Shown in pieces: positions 1 through 7,574 of a stretch of DNA of 19,591 nucleotides. The translations under genes were made by a program, and so were the position numbers. The notes beneath the pieces are model-generated. The model had not been told where the DNA came from. It saw only the letters and a program-made list of their open reading frames with translations, and made no database searches. The number at the start of each line of letters is the position of its first letter. Positions within the stretch are counted from its first letter, which is position 1. Origin of the DNA: Myxococcota bacterium (lineage in GTDB: Bacteria > Myxococcota > UBA4151); contig JAYZBQ010000028.1 of assembly GCA_036338695.1 (NCBI GenBank), forward strand, positions 1-19,591, read 5' to 3'.

Positions 1-1
1 C

Positions 2-730
2 GGCTGCGGCGACGGCTCGGTCTGGGAGGGCAACGAGGAGTGCGACGACGGCAACCGCGACAACTTTGACGCCTGCCTGAACGCTTGCACCGCCGCCCGC
101 TGCGGTGACGGCGCGCAGCGCCTGGATCTGTCGGAAGGGGATGAGGGTTTTGAGGCCTGCGACGACGGCAACAGCGACTCCGATGACGCCTGCCTGACGA
201 CCTGCGAGCTGGCGCGCTGCGGCGACGGGATCCACCGCCGTGACCTCAACCCCAACCACCCAGACTTTGAAGAGTGCGATGACGGCAACGACTCCGACGA
301 TGATGAGTGCTCGACGACCTGCATCTCGCTGGGCTGCGGCAACGGCCGCCTCAACGAGGGCGAAGCCTGCGACGACGGCAACATCGAGGACGCAGACGCG
401 TGCCGCAACGACTGCACGCTTGCCGCTTGCGGTGACGGGGTCACCCGGCGCGACCTGCAGCCGGGCGAGGCGAACTATGAAGCCTGCGACGACGGCAACG
501 CGGTCGACACGGACGCGTGCACCAGCGGCTGCACCGTGGCGGTGTGCGGTGACGGGGTGGTGCGCCTTGACCTCGCCGAGGGCGCCGAGGGCTTTGAGGC
601 TTGCGATGACGGCAACGCGGTGGACGAGGACGCCTGCGTGGGTTGCCAGCCGGCGCGCTGCGGCGACGGGATCGTCCGTGAGGACCTCAACGACGGCGAT
701 GACGGCTTTGAGGAATGCGACGATGGCAAC
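2..730 (+). repeat. Diverged direct duplication of 1641-2369 (offset 1639)
   Basis: Seven consecutive repeat units are colinear between the first two genes, including distinctive ones ([66 protein letters not shown]). A 44-bp exact match links 35-78 and 1674-1717. Confidence 0.9.
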
Positions 731-1048
731 AGCGACGATGGCGATGGCTGCTCCGCTCAATGCGAGAATGAGATCACCTGCCAGCGGATGGGGTGGAAGT
801 ATGGGCGCAACAACTGGAGCTGCCCGAACGGTCTGAGGATGCCCACGCGCAACGAGTGGAACCGGGTTGAGCCCTGTGTGACGCAAGCCGATCAGGCACG
901 GTTTGGTTACTACCGAGACGTCGCCATCAGCGTCGGTGGGTGCAACTGCAAGTGGAACCGTAACTGGTGCGGTCAGCCCAGCATCGAGACGATTCGAGGT
1001 GGGCGGATGTGCGGCGATTACGACAGCCTTCACATCTGCGTTCGGTGA
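2..1048 (+). CDS. Cys-rich repeat (Myxococcus cysteine-rich/DUF4215-type) surface protein with C-terminal CLec/DUF1566-like tip; 5' end outside the window
   Basis: Frame +2 is open from base 2 ([25 protein letters not shown]...) and continuous with the listed 536..1048 ORF. Seven CDDGN units are visible, then a ~90-aa non-repeat tail with CPNGLRMPTRNEW and terminal HICVR. Confidence 0.9.
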   Translation, partial: GCGDGSVWEGNEECDDGNRDNFDACLNACTAARCGDGAQRLDLSEGDEGFEACDDGNSDSDDACLTTCELARCGDGIHRRDLNPNHPDFEECDDGNDSDDDECSTTCISLGCGNGRLNEGEACDDGNIEDADACRNDCTLAACGDGVTRRDLQPGEANYEACDDGNAVDTDACTSGCTVAVCGDGVVRLDLAEGAEGFEACDDGNAVDEDACVGCQPARCGDGIVREDLNDGDDGFEECDDGNSDDGDGCSAQCENEITCQRMGWKYGRNNWSCPNGLRMPTRNEWNRVEPCVTQADQARFGYYRDVAISVGGCNCKWNRNWCGQPSIETIRGGRMCGDYDSLHICVR

Positions 1049-1139
1049 TTCTCGAGCAGCCTGCACCTGAAGGTGCTTTGACGTGACCGTGCGGCTGGGT
1101 CAGACTGCGCTTCGGTTGACCTGACCGACGGAGTGAATC

Positions 1140-3416
1140 ATGCGCTGGTGCCTGCCCCTGTGCCTCTTTGTTGCCGCCGCTGGCTGTTCATCGCCTGATC
1201 CGGAAAGCCAGGCACGCTGCGGCGATGCGCGCCTTGGCGCAGGGGAGGAATGTGACGACGGCAACAGCGTCGATGACGACGCCTGCACCAACGCCTGTAC
1301 CCAGGCGGCGTGCGGCGACGGGATCCTGCGCACCGACCTCGCCGAGGGCGTCCTCGGCGCCGAAGGGTGTGATGACGGCAACGATTTTGACGGCGACGGC
1401 TGCTTGACCACGTGCGTGGTGGCAACCTGCGGTGATGGCGTTCTGCGCACGGACCTGAGCGTCGACGATGAGGGCTATGAAGCCTGTGATGATGGCAACG
1501 ACGAGGACTGGGATGGCTGCAACACCCGCTGCGAGGCCATCGGCTGCGGTGACGGCGTGGTTCAGCCTGAGATGGGCGAGGCCTGTGACGACGGCAACGA
1601 GATCGACACCGACGCATGCACCAACCGCTGCCGACCTGCAGGGTGCGGCGACGGCTCCGTCTGGGAGGGCCAGGAGGAGTGCGACGACGGCAACCGCGAC
1701 AACTTTGACGCCTGCCTCAACGCCTGCACCGTTGCGCGCTGCGGTGACGGCGCGGCGCGGATGGATCTGTCGGAGGGTGAGGCGGGTTATGAAGCCTGCG
1801 ACGATGGCAACAGCGACTCCGATGATGCCTGCTTGACCGACTGCAGCGCGGCGCGCTGCGGTGACGGGGTGTACCGACGCGACCTCAACCCTTCGCATCC
1901 CGACTTTGAGGAGTGCGATGATGGCAACGACTCCGACGATGATGAGTGCTCGAGCGAGTGCGTCTCGCTGGGCTGCGGCAACGGGCGCCTCAATGACGGG
2001 GAGGCTTGTGACGACGGCAACATTGAAGACGCCGACGCCTGCCGAAACGACTGCACGCTCGCAGCCTGCGGTGATGGGGTCCTCAGGCGCGACCTGGAGC
2101 GCGGCGAGGAGGGTTTTGAGGCGTGCGATGACGGCAACGTCGTGGACACCGACACCTGCACATCGCTCTGCCTGGCAGCGACCTGCGGCGACGGGTTTGT
2201 GCGCCAAGACCTCGCTGAGGACCACGAAGACTTCGAGGTCTGTGATGACGGCAACGCGCAGGACGATGACGCCTGCTTGGGCTGTCAGCCCGCTCGGTGT
2301 GGTGACGGCGTCGTGCGCACGGATCTGCAGGACGGCGAGGACGGCTTTGAGTCGTGCGATGACGGCAACGACGTCAACGATGACGCATGCCCTGACAGCT
2401 GCCTCTCGGCGCGTTGCGGCGACGGGATCCGGCGAGCTGACCTCGATGAGAACGCCCAAGGCTATGAGGCTTGTGATGACGGCAACGAGCTGCAGACGGA
2501 CGCCTGCTTGAACAACTGCGTGCTGGCGCGCTGCGGCGACGGCTTGCAGCGCCTGGATCTACAGCCCGGTCAGGACGGGTACGAAGCCTGCGATGACGGA
2601 AACCAAGTCCAGAGCGACGCCTGCCTGTCCAACTGTGCGGTCGCCGCGTGCGGTGACGGTCAGGTGCGCGCAGGGGTCGAAGCCTGCGACGACGGCAACC
2701 AGGTCGACACCGATCAATGCCGCAACAGCTGCGTCGAGGCGCGCTGCGGCGACGGTGTGGTCTACGCAGGGTTTGAGGGCTGCGATGACGGCAATCAGGT
2801 GCAAGACGACGGCTGCAACAACCTCTGCCGTTTAGGCTCATGTGGCAACGGTCAGGTCGATCAAGGCGAGCCCTGTGACGACGGCAACAACGACGACGAC
2901 GACGCCTGTCGCAACGCGTGCGCAGCGGCAGCCTGCGGCGACGGCGTAACCCGGGTAGACCTGCAAGAAGGTCAGGCGGGTTACGAGAGCTGCGACGATG
3001 GCAACTTGGTGGACGGTGACGGCTGCTCGGCAGCCTGCTTGAGCGAGCGCCCGCCCCTGAATCAAGATCTTGGCGCTGAGGGCAACGGGGTGGTGCCGAT
3101 TGCCTTCTGCGGCTTCGCACAAGGGCGGGCGGCGCCGGGCGCGCCGCTCGAGCGCGTCGGGATCTACAATTCGCGTCGCACGCCTCGCGAGCGGCACATG
3201 GGGCACGCCAACTGGGACAGCTTCTGCCGAGCGAACGGCTGGCGCGCCTCGAATTCAGGCTACGGTAACTGGAACCACGACTGCGCCCGCGTGATGACCT
3301 ACTGGTCGGATCGCAACGTCGGTACGGGCCGCGGGCCCCACCAGTCCAACAGCTACCCGCCCAACCGTCAGGCGACGAGTCACATCTACATGACCTGCAT
3401 TGGGGGTCAGGATTGA
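1140..3416 (+). CDS. Lipoprotein with 17 Cys-rich CDDGN repeats and a unique ~125-aa C-terminal domain
   Basis: GGAG at 1130-1133 before the ATG; lipobox signal MRWCLPLCLFVAAAG-C; 17 CG(D/N)x..ExCDDGNxxxxDxC units counted; Arg/Asn/Trp/Gly-rich tail from ~3039. Confidence 0.92.
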   Translation: MRWCLPLCLFVAAAGCSSPDPESQARCGDARLGAGEECDDGNSVDDDACTNACTQAACGDGILRTDLAEGVLGAEGCDDGNDFDGDGCLTTCVVATCGDGVLRTDLSVDDEGYEACDDGNDEDWDGCNTRCEAIGCGDGVVQPEMGEACDDGNEIDTDACTNRCRPAGCGDGSVWEGQEECDDGNRDNFDACLNACTVARCGDGAARMDLSEGEAGYEACDDGNSDSDDACLTDCSAARCGDGVYRRDLNPSHPDFEECDDGNDSDDDECSSECVSLGCGNGRLNDGEACDDGNIEDADACRNDCTLAACGDGVLRRDLERGEEGFEACDDGNVVDTDTCTSLCLAATCGDGFVRQDLAEDHEDFEVCDDGNAQDDDACLGCQPARCGDGVVRTDLQDGEDGFESCDDGNDVNDDACPDSCLSARCGDGIRRADLDENAQGYEACDDGNELQTDACLNNCVLARCGDGLQRLDLQPGQDGYEACDDGNQVQSDACLSNCAVAACGDGQVRAGVEACDDGNQVDTDQCRNSCVEARCGDGVVYAGFEGCDDGNQVQDDGCNNLCRLGSCGNGQVDQGEPCDDGNNDDDDACRNACAAAACGDGVTRVDLQEGQAGYESCDDGNLVDGDGCSAACLSERPPLNQDLGAEGNGVVPIAFCGFAQGRAAPGAPLERVGIYNSRRTPRERHMGHANWDSFCRANGWRASNSGYGNWNHDCARVMTYWSDRNVGTGRGPHQSNSYPPNRQATSHIYMTCIGGQD

Positions 3417-4516
3417 GGCTGCGACAGCTCGGGGTCCTCAGCGCGCTGAGCTGGGCAGCCCTCGGTTGTCAGCCACCGGTTGAGGCCGGCTGCGAGGGCG
3501 CCGAGTTCGTGGCGCTCGAGGGCGAAGGCGCCGTGGCGGTGCCGGCGGGCGTGCGGCGCTTTAACCGCTTCGGGATGAACGTTGAGATCTGGTACCCGGG
3601 TGTTCCAGGCAGTGAGGCGGGCAGGGAACCACACGTCTATGACCTGCGGCGCTACTTGCCGCCCGAGGAGGCGGCGAAGGTCAGCGATGCGCAGAACCCG
3701 TGGCAGCCATGCCCCTGCTATGACGGGCTCCCGCTCGACACCCGCCGGGGTCCTTACCCTGTGATCGTGTTCATCCACGGAACGGCGGGTTATGCAGCCC
3801 AGAGCGCACAGCTCACGGCGTATTGGGCGAGCCAAGGTTTTGTGGTGATCGCCATGGATCACCCGGGCATTTATCTGACCGACCTGCTGGCGCTGAACAT
3901 GGCGCCTCGGCAAGCTGACGATGTACGCGAGCTGCTCGCCGACCTGCGCGCCTTTCGAGGTGGCTTCGCCGAGCTTGAGGGCGCCGTCGACCTACAGCGC
4001 ATCGCGATCACGGGTCACAGCGCGGGGGGCTACGCGTCGGGCGAGCTCGGCGATGAGCAGGGGGTCCAGCTGTTGATGCCCATGGCGGCGGGCGGCACCT
4101 CGGCGGCGGGTCCCATGAGCCTTATTTTAGGGGCTGTCGACGACCAGGTCGTCCCCTACGCTGACGCTGAGTCCGGTTACGAACAGACGCCGGGTGAGAA
4201 GCTCTTGGTGGGGCTCAACAACGCAGGTCACCTTGCCTTTAGTGACCTGTGCGCCATGGGCAGCGACCAAGGCGGGTTGGTGGTCATTTTGCAAGAGACG
4301 GGGATCTCGATACCGGACGCAGCGGGTGATCTGGTCGAGCGTCTCGGCACCGACGGATGCGCTGAAGGTCAGATGAGCCCAGAGCGGGGCTGGGCGATCA
4401 CGCAAGCCGTCACCGGCAGCTACCTGAGCGCTCGGCTGCAGTGCCGCGGCGAGGAGATGTCGGCTGAAGCCATCGCCGCAGCCTTCGGAGACGATGTCAC
4501 CGTGCGCGCTCCGTAA
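3413..4516 (+). CDS. Lipoprotein alpha/beta-hydrolase (PAF-acetylhydrolase/chlorophyllase-like)
   Basis: TTG start overlaps the upstream TGA; lipobox AALG-C; PVIVFIHG, GFVVIAMDHPG, nucleophile GHSAG, Asp in GAVDDQVV, His in AGHLAFSD. Confidence 0.85.
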   Translation: MRLRQLGVLSALSWAALGCQPPVEAGCEGAEFVALEGEGAVAVPAGVRRFNRFGMNVEIWYPGVPGSEAGREPHVYDLRRYLPPEEAAKVSDAQNPWQPCPCYDGLPLDTRRGPYPVIVFIHGTAGYAAQSAQLTAYWASQGFVVIAMDHPGIYLTDLLALNMAPRQADDVRELLADLRAFRGGFAELEGAVDLQRIAITGHSAGGYASGELGDEQGVQLLMPMAAGGTSAAGPMSLILGAVDDQVVPYADAESGYEQTPGEKLLVGLNNAGHLAFSDLCAMGSDQGGLVVILQETGISIPDAAGDLVERLGTDGCAEGQMSPERGWAITQAVTGSYLSARLQCRGEEMSAEAIAAAFGDDVTVRAP

Positions 4517-5708
4517 ACCGGATCGGCAGAGTCTTGATCCCGGCGATAAAGTTGGAGCGCAGGCGGCGCACGTCGCCGGCTTGCTCGATCGATGTCATGC
4601 GCTCAGCCATCGCCTCAAAGAGGAGGCGGATCTCAAGCCGAGCCAGACTCGAGCCGAGGCAAAAGTGCTCGCCGACGCCAAAGGCGAGGTGCTCGTTGGG
4701 GCTGCGGGTGATGTCAAAGCGGAACGGGTCTTCAAAGCGCGCTTCGTCGCGGTTGGCGCTGGTATAAAACAGGGCGATCTTGTCGTTCTCTTTCATCTCG
4801 ACGCCATGGAAGTTCAGGTCCCGCGTGCAGGTGCGGCGCATGTAGATCACCGGCGTTGACCAGCGTAAAATTTCCTCCGTAGCGCTGCCAGCCAGGCTCG
4901 GGTCGTCAACGAGCCGTTGCCACTGGTCAGGGTGCTCGAGCATGGCGAGCAAACCGCTCGAGATGGCGTTGCGAGTGGTCTCGTTGCCGGCGACGCTGAG
5001 CAGCAAAAAGAAGGCGTTGAACTCGGCCTCAGTGATCGCCTCGCCGTCGACCTCGGCGTTGAGCAAGACGTGGATCAGATCATCTGCGCGGCGACCGCCG
5101 CGCCCCTCGACGAGCTCTTGGGCATACTGCCAGAGCTCCATCGCAGCGATCCGGGAGTCGTCGATCGAGGTTTGGACTTCTGGGTCGTCAAAGCCGATCA
5201 GGCGGTTCGTCCAGTCAAAGATGAGCTGAAAATCCGAGTCCGGGATGCCCACCAACCGACAGATCACCCGCAGCGGCAGCTCGGCGGCGACCTCGCGGAC
5301 AAAGTCGATCTCACCGAGCGGGAGGATGCGGTCCATGATCTCGTCGATGTCGTCGCGGATGCGCGTCTCCATCAGGCGCACCATCCGCGGGGTGAAACCC
5401 CGGCTCACCAGCTTACGGAATTTGGAGTGCTGCGGTGGGTCCATGTTGAGCATCAGCTGACGGATCGGGAACAGGTCTTCGTCGGCGTAATCATCGAGCG
5501 TGGTGCCGCCGCGCCAGGACGAGAAGTCTTGAGGGTTCTTGGACATCTCGGCGATGTGATCGGCTTTGGTGATCGCCCAGAACGGTCGCCCGTTCGGCAT
5601 CTCGTGGCGGAAGATCGGCTCCTGGTTGCGCAGCAGCGTGAGCTCGTCATGAAGGACGCGTTCAGCCCAGCTGTCCAGGTCGTAGAGATCGACGTCGGCA
5701 AGGTTCAT
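4497..5708 (-). CDS. Cytochrome P450, CYP125/CYP124/CYP142-like (steroid C26/C27 or methyl-branched lipid omega-oxidase family)
   Basis: MLNMDPPQH, RKLVSRGFTPR, I-helix VAGNETTRN, EEILR (ExxR), heme motif FGVGEHFCLG, terminal RLRSNFIAGIK; AAGGA upstream of the ATG. The subfamily is from remembered motif similarity, not a search. Confidence 0.93.
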   Translation of the reverse strand: MNLADVDLYDLDSWAERVLHDELTLLRNQEPIFRHEMPNGRPFWAITKADHIAEMSKNPQDFSSWRGGTTLDDYADEDLFPIRQLMLNMDPPQHSKFRKLVSRGFTPRMVRLMETRIRDDIDEIMDRILPLGEIDFVREVAAELPLRVICRLVGIPDSDFQLIFDWTNRLIGFDDPEVQTSIDDSRIAAMELWQYAQELVEGRGGRRADDLIHVLLNAEVDGEAITEAEFNAFFLLLSVAGNETTRNAISSGLLAMLEHPDQWQRLVDDPSLAGSATEEILRWSTPVIYMRRTCTRDLNFHGVEMKENDKIALFYTSANRDEARFEDPFRFDITRSPNEHLAFGVGEHFCLGSSLARLEIRLLFEAMAERMTSIEQAGDVRRLRSNFIAGIKTLPIRFTERAR

Positions 5709-5741
5709 AAAGGGGTCCTTTGTCGGTCATGGCTGCACGAC

Positions 5742-5755
5742 TTAAACCGGTTCGA
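5742..5755. promoter_or_regulatory. KstR-like operator box (TnnAACnnGTTnnA)
   Basis: TTAAACCGGTTCGA = T-TA-AAC-CG-GTT-CG-A, ~34 bp upstream of the P450 ATG in the divergent intergenic region. Confidence 0.6.
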
Positions 5756-5798
5756 TTTGGGATCGACAAGGGCTGAGCGGGTGATTTTGCGAACCGAT

Positions 5799-5812
5799 TG
5801 AAACATGTTCTA
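5799..5812. promoter_or_regulatory. KstR-like operator box (TnnAACnnGTTnnA)
   Basis: TGAAACATGTTCTA inside the extended dyad CGATT...AATCG (5795-5816), ~22 bp upstream of the crotonase ATG. Confidence 0.7.
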
Positions 5813-5834
5813 ATCGCTCGGCGGGAGAGCGACC

Positions 5835-6722
5835 ATGTCCGATGAGGTTCTTTTTGAGTTAGACGGTCACGTGGCGGTGGTGACGCTGAACCGTCCTACC
5901 GCGCGTAACGCCCTCAATCTCGCTGCCCTTGCAGGGTTGGCCGACGCCTGGGAGCGGATCGAGCGAGACGCCACCGTCCGCGTCGCCATCCTCACCGGCG
6001 CCGGTGGCCACTTCTGCTCAGGCAGCGACCTCAAAGACATGCACGGCGACCACAGCGCCAACCCGGTCCACAAACGCTTCGTCCCCAAAGACCAGCTCGT
6101 CGAGGCGGCGCTGACCGCGCTGCGCGAGGGGCATGAGCGCCAGGCTCAAGAGCTCCTTGAAGAGCACCAAGGACGCGCCGATGAGGTGCCGCTGCACTGG
6201 CGCGCTTTTTTGCGCGACCGCCGGCTCGCAAAGCCGCTGATCGCAGCGGTCGAGGGCTACGCGCTCGGCGGCGGCACCGAGGTGCTCCAGGCGTGCGACC
6301 TGCGCGTCGCTGGGCGCTCGGCGCAGTTTGGGCTCACCGAGGTGAAGTGGGGGCTTTTCCCCTTGGGCGGCTCGACCGCTCGGTTGCCCAAGCAGATCCC
6401 GTACACGCGTGCCATGGAGCTGTTGCTCACAGGGGCTCGTATGAGCGCTGAGGAGGCCTACCACTGCGGCTTGATCGGGCGCGTGGTTGATGACGGCGGG
6501 GCGCTCGAGTCGGCGCGTGCTTGGGCCGATCAGATCGCCGCCAACGGTCCGTTCGCGGTCCAGAGCGTACTCGCAAGCGTGCGCGCCGCCGAGGGGCTCA
6601 GCGACGCTCAAGCGGTCGCTACCGTCGACGGTCACGGCAACCCGGTGCTCTACAGTCAAGACGCTCGCGAGGGTGCGCGTGCCTTTCGAGAGCGGCGAAC
6701 TCCCGAGTTCAAGGGCGAGTGA
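5835..6722 (+). CDS. Enoyl-CoA hydratase/crotonase family, EchA19-like
   Basis: LNRP.ARNAL, ILTGAGGHFCSGSDL, RRLAKPLIAAVEGYALGGGTE, FGLTEVKWGLFPLGGS..RL..QIPYT, IAANGP.AVQ, DAREG.RAF; both catalytic Glu present; GGGAGAG upstream of the ATG. Confidence 0.92.
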   Translation: MSDEVLFELDGHVAVVTLNRPTARNALNLAALAGLADAWERIERDATVRVAILTGAGGHFCSGSDLKDMHGDHSANPVHKRFVPKDQLVEAALTALREGHERQAQELLEEHQGRADEVPLHWRAFLRDRRLAKPLIAAVEGYALGGGTEVLQACDLRVAGRSAQFGLTEVKWGLFPLGGSTARLPKQIPYTRAMELLLTGARMSAEEAYHCGLIGRVVDDGGALESARAWADQIAANGPFAVQSVLASVRAAEGLSDAQAVATVDGHGNPVLYSQDAREGARAFRERRTPEFKGE

Positions 6723-6785
6723 GGCGATTTATCCCGTTGAGAACTCGGGTGCCTTCGGCTAGGCTCTCGCCTGAGGAAAACGCCC

Positions 6786-7574
6786 ATGATGATGCTCAGT
6801 GCCGTACTTGCGCTCGCCGCACCTGCGCCGGGTGACGCGCCCGACCTTGCGATGATGGACATGAAGGCGGTCCATGGCGTCGAGGATTCGCTCGCAGCTG
6901 TTCTCAACGAGAGCTTCCTGGTGGCGCTGAAAAACAGCGGCAAGTTAGGGAACGTGGTCGGCGGTTCGGACCTGCGCGCCATGCTCGACCTCGAGCAGCA
7001 AAAGCAGGCGCTCGGTTGCGGCGACGACGGCTGCCTCGCCGAGCTCGGGGGCGCGCTGGGTGTCCCGTATCTGTTCTACACCAGCTTAGCGAAGGTCGGC
7101 TCCAAGTACGTGATGCACTACAAGGTGATGGCGGTGGAGGAGGCTAAGGTGGTCGTGCGCGGCATGAAGACGGCCGCAAGCGATGATGCGCTGCTCGAGA
7201 TGCCGCAGATTTTGGTGACGGAGGCGATGGCCGGCATGTTCCAGCAAGCGCCGTCTGCTCCAGCCACCCAACCGGCGCCTCAGGCGACGGCTACGCCATC
7301 GAGCGCGCCGAGCGCTGCGGCGCCCGCTCAGCCAAGTCAGCCGATCAAGATGAGCCGCTGGCTTGGGGTCGGGCTGACGGTCGCTGGAGGCGGATTAGCC
7401 GCTGCGGGTTACAGCGGCTTTGCCAGCGCTCGTGACAGCTACGCGGCGCTCACCGAGCCGACCAGCGCCGACTACGCCAATTATGAGGCGGCGGCTGCGC
7501 CGGCGAATTCGATGTGGATTGGCGGATTGGGGCTGGCGGTGGTCGGCGCAGGATTGGCGGTGGTCGCACCATGA
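6786..7574 (+). CDS. Secreted/membrane hypothetical protein of the myxobacterial [15 protein letters not shown] type, with Pro/Ala linker and Gly-rich hydrophobic C-terminus
   Basis: GAGG upstream; N-terminal signal; [22 protein letters not shown] motif; QPAP-rich linker; two Gly-rich hydrophobic segments; stop overlaps the next ATG (ATGA). Confidence 0.8.
   Translation: MMMLSAVLALAAPAPGDAPDLAMMDMKAVHGVEDSLAAVLNESFLVALKNSGKLGNVVGGSDLRAMLDLEQQKQALGCGDDGCLAELGGALGVPYLFYTSLAKVGSKYVMHYKVMAVEEAKVVVRGMKTAASDDALLEMPQILVTEAMAGMFQQAPSAPATQPAPQATATPSSAPSAAAPAQPSQPIKMSRWLGVGLTVAGGGLAAAGYSGFASARDSYAALTEPTSADYANYEAAAAPANSMWIGGLGLAVVGAGLAVVAP

Noticed and set aside
764..3416. Diversity-generating retroelement acting on the AAC-rich tips
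   Set aside because: No reverse transcriptase and no adenine-variant template repeat seen in the window; only a trans-acting element elsewhere remains possible.
6722..6772. Possible structured RNA or terminator (AGGCGA...TCGCCT enclosing short stems)
   Set aside because: Short GC-rich stems are expected by chance; there is no U-tract and no recognisable ncRNA family.
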